From IMG/VR virus record IMGVR_UViG_3300042731_008413, positions 19,421 to 83,420 of that record: DNA of 64,000 nucleotides. One strand, 5' to 3'. The stretch comes from a virus. This document shows positions 9,330 through 17,335 of the stretch, piece after piece. The first letter of the stretch is position 1, and every line of letters starts with the position of its first letter. The position numbers were made by a program, and so were the translations under genes. The notes beneath the pieces were generated by a model. That model searched no databases. It saw nothing but the letters and a program-made list of their open reading frames with translations, and had not been told where the DNA came from.

Positions 9330-9358
9330 TTGACAAATTTTCTATCTTATGGTATTAT
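9330..9358 (+). promoter_or_regulatory. Sigma70-type promoter
   Basis: TTGACA-17-TATTAT with TG extension. The 19 bp GGGTTGACAAATTTTCTAT is identical to the promoter at 56909. Confidence 0.8.
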
Positions 9359-9364
9359 CTTTTC

Positions 9365-9503
9365 AGTGTAGATTATCTCATTTTATCCTCCTTTGTTAGT
9401 TGTCTGCTTCATCTGACCAATGGGGCAGACCTGGACTTATAATAGACGCTAAATAATATAAGTGATTAGAAAGAGGGCGTCCTAGGCGCCCTCTTTCGCT
9501 TTC
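9365..9503 (+). ncRNA. Putative ~135-nt small RNA with anti-SD/anti-start sequence
   Basis: Lies between promoter 9330 and terminator 9469, with no ORF in the track. Contains CUCAUUUUAUCCUCCU (9377-9392). Confidence 0.55.
9469..9503 (+). terminator. Intrinsic terminator, possibly bidirectional
   Basis: GAAAGAGGGCGTC-CTA-GGCGCCCTCTTTC hairpin followed by GCTTTC. Confidence 0.75.
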
Positions 9504-9533
9504 TCGATGGACATCCCCATACCTATAAAAATG

Positions 9534-9566
9534 TAATACGTTCTGACTGTGGAAACGGTCGGGGCG
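9534..9566 (+). repeat. 33-bp hairpin direct repeat, copy 1 (copy 2 at 11502-11534)
   Basis: TAATACGTTCTGACTGTGGAAACGGTCGGGGCG vs TAACACGCTCTGACTGTGGAATCAGTCGGGGTG, 28/33 identical. Abuts the CRISPR repeat. Confidence 0.8.
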
Positions 9567-9719
9567 CGGACCACCCCCACACCTGTGGGGAAATGTTATC
9601 CCGGAGGGTTAGCAGTTCTTCCAGATCACGGACCACCCCCACACCTGTGGGGAAATGGTTTCGCCACTGTCTATTCCCTCACTCAGATCACGGACCACCC
9701 CCACGCCTGTGGGGAAATG
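9567..9719 (-). CRISPR. CRISPR mini-array, 3 type I-E-like repeats and 2 spacers
   Basis: 29-nt repeat CATTTCCCCACAGGYGTGGGGGTGGTCCG (minus) at 9567-9595, 9629-9657, 9691-9719. 33-nt spacers, period 62. The CCCCAC/GTGGGG hairpin is typical of I-E repeats. Confidence 0.92.
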
Positions 9720-9915
9720 ACTTAAATGGCCTATGAGATAGAGTAAATTCCCCAAATGAATCTTATTAGGTTGTGAGGTTGACAATCCAACAACCTCTCT
9801 GTAGCCCTCACCGATCTGGGTCCAAGCGACGAATCTCCCCACCGATTCAGTTACGACATCTACAGCCTCAGTTGTGTTCATAGTCAATCGCAGACGATTC
9901 AGCCTAACGGCCAAA
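9720..9915 (-). ncRNA. Putative omega-RNA/tracr-like scaffold of TnpB
   Basis: Lies directly 3' of tnpB. Nested complementary segments (TTGAC/GTCAA, CTGTAG/CTACAG, TGAATC/GATTCA). GAGGCTGTAGATGTCGTAAC...GAGGGCTACAGAGAG resembles, from recall, 3' scaffolds of QRDLYSAFLA-type TnpBs. Confidence 0.6.
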
Positions 9916-11301
9916 TTAGAGACCAAAACTGGTCGGTCCATTTTGGTCTATATCGTCCAATGCCGCCTGCAAGAGCGGTCCCACCCTCGGCCATTGCTCA
10001 TTGGCAACGACTGCATTGAACGTTCCATCTTCGATACAGGTTGCTAAAAATGCGCTATATAAATCTCTTTGAACCACCTCCCCATCATCGAATTTATGCC
10101 ATCTTTGCGACAAAGACTTCTTTTTGAATTCGCCGGTTTTGTGGTCTAGCTGGCTCAGTTTTGTGCTATAGGTAGAGAACTCTTCAACTAGACCGTCATA
10201 ATCATCCATCTTTTGCTTCAGCCGGGCTACAAACATCCCCGGAGCACGCATGCCAACGGATTTTCCGAACATCTTTTGAAATGCAACGTAAGACAACTTT
10301 TCCAAACGGATTACGTTACCCATTTGGAGAATCTGGTTGATTAGTTGTCCGTGTAGCGACTTGCGGTATTCTGCTTGTTTCCTTTTTAATTCGCTTAATT
10401 TTATTTCGGTCTTTAGTTGCCTATTTGATTTTACCCATCGTTTGAGTTGCGAACGTGGTTTAACGGTTCCATCTGTGTTGTAATTGTCAGGGTTGTTAGC
10501 GCGCCGTTGTCGGTCTACCTTACGTTGTAATAGTCGTATATCTCGTTGAATATCCTCTAGTTCCGCGCAGAATTGTTTTAGAAACGCCATATCTTGAGAA
10601 ACAACAGCGACAGTTGAGGGGCCGATGTCCAACCCAACAACACCTTTCCCAAGAGAATGTCTTTTGTATGGTTTGCCTACATTGACGAGTTGAGCAAAGA
10701 ACCTGGTTTTTCCATTGAGTTCACGACGAATCAACCGGACAAATTTTATTTCAGAATTCAGGCCATGAGACATTATCGGGTCATCGTAATCTATAATAGC
10801 CTCAAGTTTGATCTTCTTCCCGTTGCGCCCGGAATTCCACACAACACAGTCATCTCTCCAAATAATGCCTTGTAAATTCGTTACTCCCTCAACCGAATTT
10901 AACTGCCCAAACCTTTTGAATTTTGGCCTCCCCCTTTTTGGGTCAAACAAATATTCGCTCACCCAGGTAAAAGCCCTGGATGCCAGTTTTTTAATGGTCT
11001 GACTGTCTAAATGATAACCTAACCAGGAGTAACCAAATTGTTTAGCGAAGAAATGAATGTCGTATTCCCTAAACCCAAATTCTTTGTTGAGCCTGACAAA
11101 TTCAGCGGTTCTTTCTTTGCCTTTTGGGAGTAGTCGAGCCTTTTGCCAATCCTTTGATTCCCTCATCAACTTCAAGCGGCGAAGGGATTCGCCCAAGCAA
11201 GCATTATAGACCTGCCTGGCCGCCTCAAAACGCTTATTGAGTACAGACTCCTGAGTGGGGGTTGCTTTTAGGGGGATTTCGGTAATAAATCTATCAGACA
11301 T
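9916..11301 (-). CDS. tnpB: TnpB/Cas12-like RNA-guided endonuclease (461 aa), RuvC D-E-D intact, zinc-finger cysteines absent
   Basis: N-terminal helix ARQVYNACL. RuvC-I VGLDIGPS, RuvC-II IRLEKLSY, RuvC-III QRDLYSAFLA. No tnpA adjacent. Confidence 0.9.
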   Translation of the reverse strand: MSDRFITEIPLKATPTQESVLNKRFEAARQVYNACLGESLRRLKLMRESKDWQKARLLPKGKERTAEFVRLNKEFGFREYDIHFFAKQFGYSWLGYHLDSQTIKKLASRAFTWVSEYLFDPKRGRPKFKRFGQLNSVEGVTNLQGIIWRDDCVVWNSGRNGKKIKLEAIIDYDDPIMSHGLNSEIKFVRLIRRELNGKTRFFAQLVNVGKPYKRHSLGKGVVGLDIGPSTVAVVSQDMAFLKQFCAELEDIQRDIRLLQRKVDRQRRANNPDNYNTDGTVKPRSQLKRWVKSNRQLKTEIKLSELKRKQAEYRKSLHGQLINQILQMGNVIRLEKLSYVAFQKMFGKSVGMRAPGMFVARLKQKMDDYDGLVEEFSTYSTKLSQLDHKTGEFKKKSLSQRWHKFDDGEVVQRDLYSAFLATCIEDGTFNAVVANEQWPRVGPLLQAALDDIDQNGPTSFGL

Positions 11302-11430
11302 TTTTTAGATAGTTATCGATGGCTCGCCTGACATGCTCGGCCATTGATAAGCCGGTATCACGAACGAGTTGCTTTAATCTATTGTATTGAAGAGTAGTCA
11401 AATAAATGTTTATGCGTTTCATATACATCT

Positions 11431-11459
11431 AATATACATCAAATGGGCGTTATTGTCAA
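11431..11459 (-). promoter_or_regulatory. Sigma70 promoter of tnpB
   Basis: Minus strand TTGACA-17-TATATT. ATATACATC direct repeats overlap it. Confidence 0.7.
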
Positions 11460-11467
11460 ATTGGGGA

Positions 11468-11496
11468 TTGACTTTTTTGGTATTACAGTATAATAT
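11468..11496 (+). promoter_or_regulatory. Head-operon promoter overlapped by palindromic operator
   Basis: TTGACT-17-TAATAT. Operator TATTACAGTATAATA at 11481-11495. Confidence 0.7.
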
Positions 11497-11501
11497 ACTT
11501 A

Positions 11502-11560
11502 TAACACGCTCTGACTGTGGAATCAGTCGGGGTGTTTTCTTTTGCCCCGAGAAGGGGCAA
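11502..11560 (+). promoter_or_regulatory. Leader with terminator-like hairpin (direct repeat copy 2) and RBS-occluding hairpin
   Basis: Hairpin 11506-11535 followed by TTTCTTTT. TTGCCCC-GAGAA-GGGGCAA (11542-11560) covers the SD of ATG 11564. Confidence 0.65.
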
Positions 11561-11563
11561 TCG

Positions 11564-13081
11564 ATGAAGGGCATCAAATACCAACGAATCATTCAAGCGG
11601 CCATCGAAATACCGTGGGCTATCCTGCCCACCAAGTTAGCCCTTATTCAGAACTTGATTACGTTCCGGGCTTCCGGGGGGCATCTGACAGAGGATGAAAT
11701 CAGGGCCAGGATTGGAGACTCGGAATCCCACGAACCCATCATCAAGGTTCACTACTCTGCCCAGAATGGTTCTGCCAGCAACGGCAGTCGCCCCCAGACA
11801 GCCGCAGTTCTCCCCCTCGTAGGCACCATTATTCCCCGAATGGATATGTTCGCCGAATCCAGCGGAGCCATTTCCATCCAACGTTTCCAAAATATGTTTC
11901 GCCAGGCATTGGCCGATGGCGAGATCGACAACATCATCATCGACATCGATTCTCCCGGTGGGCAGGTTTCTGGGGTGCAAGAAATGGCCGATGAGATTTT
12001 TGACTCTCGCGGCCAAAAACCCATTACCGCAGTAGCCAACACCCTGGCCGCCAGTGCCGCCTACTGGATAGCCACGGCTGCTGATGAGGTTGTAGTAACC
12101 CCCAGTAGCGAAGTGGGTAGCATTGGCGTGTTTGCCATTCACGAAGACCTCTCCAAAATGCTGGATCAGGTTGGGGTCAAAATGTCGTTGATCTCAGCCG
12201 GCAAGTACAAGACCGAAGGCAACCCCTTTGAACCTTTGGGGGATGAAGCCCGAGAAGCCATCCAACAGCGGGTGCTGGAATATTTTGATGCTTTTACCGC
12301 AGGAGTGGCCCGTAATCGAGATGTCAGTCAATTTAAAGTGAATGATGGTTTTGGGCAGGGGCGAGTAGTGGGGGCCGAAGAAGCGGTAAAAGAGGGGATG
12401 GCCGATAGAGTAGCCACCCTGGATGAAACGATCAATTACGTTTTATCCCAACCAAACGAAATTAGCGCCAACGGAAACAGCAAGTTGTATTCTTTCCAGG
12501 AGCTTACGCAAGAGTTCTTTGGAAGTAATTCTATAAGCGTTATTCCCGGTGGCGATAATGATAAAGTAATCATTGGCGCAGATACAGGAGGCGATCTTAT
12601 GCCAAACACTAAAGATCAGCCAACGAAGTCCGAAGAAGTCCAGGCATTGGAATTACCGGATGGCACCAAGCTGACTGCGGAGCAGGTTCAGATTTTGCTG
12701 GCCGAGAACAAAGAAGCCCGTCAAGAGGCTAAGGCCATCAAAGTCGAGGCGATGATCGACAAGGCTCGCCAACGCGGGGTGGCCCCGGCTACCTTGCAGG
12801 TGGTCGAGGCGATGTTGACCAAAGCCGAACCGGATGCTCCCCCGGTGCTGTCGTTGGGTGACGAGCAGTACAATATGTTCGGTGGCCTGGGCTATCTTCT
12901 GGAAGTCATTCCGGGCCGGCAAATGGCGGAATTGACCCGAGACGAACCGGGCGAAAAGCCGCCGATGGAGACCATGAAAGCCAACCCTGGCCCTCAGACC
13001 CTGGAAGAAGCTGAGGAGCAGGCCAAGAAGCGGCGGGCGGAACTGGGCATCAAGCCGGTGACGCAGGCTGAGTTGGCGTAG
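11564..13081 (+). CDS. S49 (SppA/lambda gpC-like) prohead protease with C-terminal scaffold
   Basis: IDIDSPGG, AASAAYWIA, VGSIGV, AGKYKTEG motifs. Start moved from 11387 to ATG 11564. Confidence 0.9.
   Translation: MKGIKYQRIIQAAIEIPWAILPTKLALIQNLITFRASGGHLTEDEIRARIGDSESHEPIIKVHYSAQNGSASNGSRPQTAAVLPLVGTIIPRMDMFAESSGAISIQRFQNMFRQALADGEIDNIIIDIDSPGGQVSGVQEMADEIFDSRGQKPITAVANTLAASAAYWIATAADEVVVTPSSEVGSIGVFAIHEDLSKMLDQVGVKMSLISAGKYKTEGNPFEPLGDEAREAIQQRVLEYFDAFTAGVARNRDVSQFKVNDGFGQGRVVGAEEAVKEGMADRVATLDETINYVLSQPNEISANGNSKLYSFQELTQEFFGSNSISVIPGGDNDKVIIGADTGGDLMPNTKDQPTKSEEVQALELPDGTKLTAEQVQILLAENKEARQEAKAIKVEAMIDKARQRGVAPATLQVVEAMLTKAEPDAPPVLSLGDEQYNMFGGLGYLLEVIPGRQMAELTRDEPGEKPPMETMKANPGPQTLEEAEEQAKKRRAELGIKPVTQAELA
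12599..13081 (+). CDS. Scaffold protein from an in-frame internal start (lambda Nu3-like)
   Basis: AGGAGG at 12586-12591, 7 nt before in-frame ATG 12599 (MPNTKDQ...). Charged helical sequence. Confidence 0.7.
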   Translation: MPNTKDQPTKSEEVQALELPDGTKLTAEQVQILLAENKEARQEAKAIKVEAMIDKARQRGVAPATLQVVEAMLTKAEPDAPPVLSLGDEQYNMFGGLGYLLEVIPGRQMAELTRDEPGEKPPMETMKANPGPQTLEEAEEQAKKRRAELGIKPVTQAELA

Positions 13082-13092
13082 GGAGGTAAACA

Positions 13093-13500
13093 ATGCCAGT
13101 TTCTTCGAGTATTACCAGTTATGAAGGGGTAAAGGGCAATCTAATCGCCGGTGGTGAACCGGTGGTGGCCTCCTACACGGTGGATTACCAGTATGTGACC
13201 GAGATCACTTTGCCGGGGTCCGGGGATAGCCGCAAGGTCGTCCAGGAGGGGCAGGTGATGTCGCTTGACCCGTCTAGCCGAAAGGTGGTGCCAAACTATT
13301 CCGCTTACGGCTTTACCGCTGTCGGGGTCAACATTCAGGACGTTGATGTGACCGATGGTGATGAAGCCCTGGGGGTGGTCTGGGATGGTGTTCTGGCCGA
13401 GCCGGTCTGTATCGACAACGGTACTCTGGGAACGGTTCTGGCGGCCACCAAGACAGCCCTGGCCGACCGGATTCAGTTCACCCGGACCAGCCGGGTTTAG
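13093..13500 (+). CDS. Head decoration protein
   Basis: 135 aa, beta-rich, between protease and capsid (lambda D position). Confidence 0.7.
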   Translation: MPVSSSITSYEGVKGNLIAGGEPVVASYTVDYQYVTEITLPGSGDSRKVVQEGQVMSLDPSSRKVVPNYSAYGFTAVGVNIQDVDVTDGDEALGVVWDGVLAEPVCIDNGTLGTVLAATKTALADRIQFTRTSRV

Positions 13501-13510
13501 GAGGTAAGAG

Positions 13511-14581
13511 ATGCCAACGACAATTCCCAGTTTTTTGAGAAATCCGCAAATCACCGGCTACGTTCGGACCACCGACGTTCCCAAGAATTATTTGTATGAA
13601 CGCTGGTGCCCGACCGAAGGGGTGGAAGCGGACGAGTTCGAGGGCCTGATTGTGCTGGACCAGGTGCAAATGGCTCCCTTTGTGGCGGTTGATGCCGAGT
13701 CGCCCAAGATTCATGGCGATTTGATGTCTAGCTACAAATGGCAGGTGGCTTTTATGCGCCACAAGGCCCGGTTCAAGGAATCGGACCTGCGCGTGTTCTG
13801 GGAACCGGGGGTGGATGATCCCAACACCCTGGCTTTTGCTTCAGCCCGTGCCCGCGAACGGAAGATCATGCGAACGATGGATGCCCTCAGTATCGGGGTA
13901 GATGCCCGAAAGGAGTGGGTGTTCTGGAACGCAATGGCTGGCTCCGTGGCCTATGATGATGAAAACGTGAATTACACCATCACGTTTGATGGGGCTTACA
14001 ACGGCTCGACCAATCGCAAGACTCCGACCACGCTCTGGTCCGCGGACAGCCCAACACCCATCACCGACCTATCCCAATGGATTCAAGAGATTTCCGACGA
14101 ATCCGGGGTGGATGAGTGGGTGATGGTGACCACTCCTAAAGTCCTGGGGCTGATGTCTCGGAGTGAGCAAGTGCGCCAGATGTGGTCAGTGTCCGATTCC
14201 AACCCCGCTCCTAACGCACCGCTTAGTTTGAACCCGGTTACTCCAGTTCAGGTCTCGGCGGCAATGGAACAAATCGGGATCGTTGAAGCCATCAAATATA
14301 CCGCTAAGTACACCGACATCACCTTTGCGGTAGACAAGACGGCAACCCGGACCAAGACCCGCTTCATCAACGACAATGATCTGTTCCTTCTACCGGCTAA
14401 TATGGAATTGGGGCGTTACGCCTCGGCCCCAGCAATGGCCAACAACTGGCGAACCGGCAAGTTCGGTTGGTCCGAGGAAAAACAGGACCCGTGGGTACTT
14501 GAAGTCGGTGCTGGTGAGTATGCTTGGATCGACTTCCCGGCTCCGATGCACAATAGTGTGTTGCAGGCCAGAGTAGCTTAG
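13511..14581 (+). CDS. Major capsid protein (lambda gpE-like)
   Basis: 356 aa with MAPFVAVDAESP, ARKEW and WSADSPTPITDL features; position in the head module. Confidence 0.85.
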   Translation: MPTTIPSFLRNPQITGYVRTTDVPKNYLYERWCPTEGVEADEFEGLIVLDQVQMAPFVAVDAESPKIHGDLMSSYKWQVAFMRHKARFKESDLRVFWEPGVDDPNTLAFASARARERKIMRTMDALSIGVDARKEWVFWNAMAGSVAYDDENVNYTITFDGAYNGSTNRKTPTTLWSADSPTPITDLSQWIQEISDESGVDEWVMVTTPKVLGLMSRSEQVRQMWSVSDSNPAPNAPLSLNPVTPVQVSAAMEQIGIVEAIKYTAKYTDITFAVDKTATRTKTRFINDNDLFLLPANMELGRYASAPAMANNWRTGKFGWSEEKQDPWVLEVGAGEYAWIDFPAPMHNSVLQARVA

Positions 14582-14602
14582 ATAGTCATCTAACAGGTAG
14601 AC

Positions 14603-15142
14603 ATGGCTAATAACGGCAATATTACCGTCACAGAGATAGAAAGTTTTATCGAGTTTGGGGCATCGTTTCCTGAATCGAGCGACTCGACGCTAACCCAGAG
14701 CGATGTCAACGACATCTGTGACGGTATTAATGCCGAAGTCAATCTAATTCTCAGCCGGCTGGGGTTCCAGATGCCGGTAACGGCAACTAACTCGGTAGAG
14801 TGGCTGGAGCTAACCAAGAAGTTTGGGGCGGGGTCCCTGGTCATCGATGGCCTGGGGGCGCAATCGTCCGAAGAAGAGAACACCAGGGCAGATCGCTACT
14901 GGAATCGCTATATGGAGCGAATCCAGGAGCTACTTAACTCCGGTGGGGCAATCCTGGATGACGCTGAGTTACAAACCGACCCTCTGCCCAGTCGGGTGCC
15001 GGTGGCCTACAGCGACCGGCTGTCTCGAAGTCGCAAGCGACGACTCCGGTTCCCGCAGCGGGCGGCGGCTGACCAGTACGAGGACGAGTCGGCTATTGCC
15101 GCCACCCGCGCTCCCTGGACCAGGGCTATTGGGGGCTGGTAG
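14603..15142 (+). CDS. Head-tail adaptor (putative)
   Basis: Position after the capsid gene; LGFQMPV and helical pattern like gp36/adaptor proteins. Confidence 0.55.
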   Translation: MANNGNITVTEIESFIEFGASFPESSDSTLTQSDVNDICDGINAEVNLILSRLGFQMPVTATNSVEWLELTKKFGAGSLVIDGLGAQSSEEENTRADRYWNRYMERIQELLNSGGAILDDAELQTDPLPSRVPVAYSDRLSRSRKRRLRFPQRAAADQYEDESAIAATRAPWTRAIGGW

Positions 15143-15654
15143 TGACCCTGCGAACCCCTGAATCGATTCTACGCCAGATCATCTCTGTCTACGAGGACAA
15201 CTATGCTACTTGTCTGGCTACTGTGGAATCGAATTGGGAATTGATTGATCCAATCAACCTGGACGACTTTATAACCAGAGAGATCACGACCGACCCCACG
15301 GCCCTGGACAAGCAATGGCTATTGCCGGCAATGTCGGTAGCCATCGGTCCTATCAGGGAGACCGTGACTGAAGGGTGGCAACAAGATAAGACTAGTTACG
15401 ATATGCAAACGATGGTGACATACTACTTACAGCATAATGACGTGACCATTCTAGCCAAGATCATCGCCCGGCATATCGAAGCTACCCTGGACCTGTTTCG
15501 GCAATACCCGGCTTTTGGCTGGCGAGGGGCGACCAACAAGATTGTACCAGGGTCGGTCCAGTTCATCCCAAGCCAGACATCGACCAGAGGCAATGCTTAC
15601 GTCAAGGGGTTGATGGTTCAGTTCGATTACAGGTTTTTGAACTATGCAGCTTGA
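15142..15654 (+). CDS. Neck/tail terminator protein (putative)
   Basis: Synteny, size, LPAMSV motif. Confidence 0.5.
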   Translation: MTLRTPESILRQIISVYEDNYATCLATVESNWELIDPINLDDFITREITTDPTALDKQWLLPAMSVAIGPIRETVTEGWQQDKTSYDMQTMVTYYLQHNDVTILAKIIARHIEATLDLFRQYPAFGWRGATNKIVPGSVQFIPSQTSTRGNAYVKGLMVQFDYRFLNYAA

Positions 15655-16138
15655 TGTTAGTTTTCAAGTAACCGGAACCACCGATGTCATTGCCCAATTG
15701 GGTCTTTTGCCGGAATTGTGGAAAATTCGCACCCGGCAGGTGATGCTGGAATGGGGAGCGGACATCGGCGCCAGGGCCAGGGTTCTTAGTCCCGAGGACA
15801 AGATCAGGTTCTATGACTCTCGAAGGCGACCCAAGACTCAGGCGTTCAAGGCCGGTTGGAGGATGCAGGTTCGAGAGACCGGCGCCGACATTGCCCTGGA
15901 AATCGGCAACGTCGATCCCAAGATGCCGGTCATTGTCGGTCCATCCCCGGCCAAGTCTAACGTAACGGCCAAGAATAAGGATTACCTGGTCTTTTACTGG
16001 GAGCGATTGGGGCGTTGGGTTATTGCCAAGTCGATTGATAAACCGGCTACACCGGGCCAGCCCGTACACGAATGGGCTATCAAAGATTTCGATGTAGATC
16101 GCCACCTGCCTGATATGGCAAGCAGATTGGTGGCTTAA
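15644..16138 (+). CDS. Tail completion/neck protein (HK97 gp10-like, putative)
   Basis: Basic; AKNKDYLVFYW...KPATPGQP pattern; synteny. Confidence 0.5.
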   Translation: MQLDVSFQVTGTTDVIAQLGLLPELWKIRTRQVMLEWGADIGARARVLSPEDKIRFYDSRRRPKTQAFKAGWRMQVRETGADIALEIGNVDPKMPVIVGPSPAKSNVTAKNKDYLVFYWERLGRWVIAKSIDKPATPGQPVHEWAIKDFDVDRHLPDMASRLVA

Positions 16139-16148
16139 GGAGGCACTT

Positions 16149-16763
16149 ATGGCAACTACTGCCGATTTTTGGAGCCAGGGCGTAAATAAGGACAACATTG
16201 TTGGTGGCCCGGCACGTATTTTGGTGGCCGATAAAGCAACGGTCGCTTACCCTAATCTGATCCGGGATGTCGTCAACCTGGAAACCTATGAAGCCCAAAC
16301 CGGCTGGTTTGACGTGGGTCATACCTCGGAGTCGTTTGTTAATACCGAGGGCTTTGACACCACCGAATGGAAATCACAGCAAGCTGGCATCATCAACCTT
16401 CAGGTAGGCGATTGGAACCGGTCGATCTCTTTCACCTTGATGGAGAGTCGCAGGGACAAGGTGGCCGATCTGGTTCATGAAGCCACCGGTCGAACGACCA
16501 ACGCCGATGGCGACGAGTTGGAATACTTCTATGACAAATCGAACGTCTCTGAATGGCGAGTAGTCGCCATTAACTTGATGGAAGACGAAGCTGCTGGCCA
16601 GAACTTGACGATGGATGTATTTCCCAGATGCAAGCGCTCCGGGGCGGATAGCGAAATGAGTTGGTCCCGATCTGAACCTCAGACCCACACGCTGGAAATG
16701 CGACCCTTCCCGGATACCGATGTCCCCAACGACGCCAGTTGGTATCGAATTAGCGAGACTTAA
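16149..16763 (+). CDS. Major tail tube protein
   Basis: IVGGPARIL, WFDVGHT, ISFTLME; directly upstream of chaperone and tape measure genes. Confidence 0.75.
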   Translation: MATTADFWSQGVNKDNIVGGPARILVADKATVAYPNLIRDVVNLETYEAQTGWFDVGHTSESFVNTEGFDTTEWKSQQAGIINLQVGDWNRSISFTLMESRRDKVADLVHEATGRTTNADGDELEYFYDKSNVSEWRVVAINLMEDEAAGQNLTMDVFPRCKRSGADSEMSWSRSEPQTHTLEMRPFPDTDVPNDASWYRISET

Positions 16764-16783
16764 AATCCGCAGACGGAGTAACA

Positions 16784-17335
16784 ATGGCTAAAAAAATACG
16801 GCGCGTTTTTGACCCTGACGTTTTTGTGGTGACTTTTGGGGGAATCGAGTACGACATCTCCGCCCAACCCATCGAGCGTATTATCGAGTTCGAGCGAGTC
16901 ATCGAGGATTTGTCTGGTAGCCTGGACGACCTTGACTCCAAATATTATGTGTCAAAAAATGGTTCCGGCAAAGAAGTCCCCTACGACTCTCTGGAACAGG
17001 CCCAGGCTAACCAGGACGAGGGTGACGAGATTATCACCGAGCGACCCGGTATCAAGGTGTTTTTGGACAAGATTGTTAGCTCCCCTTACCACGCCTTTCG
17101 GGTGATGGTGCCGGAGTTGCACGAAGAGGATGCTCGCAAAGCCACCTTCCCGGAACTCAAGAACGCGCTGGATGTGGTGGTCGAGGCCAACGGTATCGGC
17201 TGGATGGAAGATTTTCTAAAAAAAACAATCAGTCCGATTCTGCCGGAACTAGTAAGAGTGGTAGTAGACTCAACCAAAGAGGCTTTGACCGATACTACCA
17301 GGACCGAAGCGGAGCCATCTGGGGAGACGCCATAG
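16784..17335 (+). CDS. Tail assembly chaperone (gpG-like)
   Basis: Between tail tube and tape measure genes; contains a slippery site. Confidence 0.75.
   Translation: MAKKIRRVFDPDVFVVTFGGIEYDISAQPIERIIEFERVIEDLSGSLDDLDSKYYVSKNGSGKEVPYDSLEQAQANQDEGDEIITERPGIKVFLDKIVSSPYHAFRVMVPELHEEDARKATFPELKNALDVVVEANGIGWMEDFLKKTISPILPELVRVVVDSTKEALTDTTRTEAEPSGETP

Noticed and set aside
9609-9941. 110-aa ORF downstream of tnpB
   Set aside because: Runs through the RNA scaffold and CRISPR repeats; better explained as non-coding.
11387-11563. N-terminal extension of the protease ORF
   Set aside because: Covers promoters and leader hairpins; ATG 11564 has the RBS.
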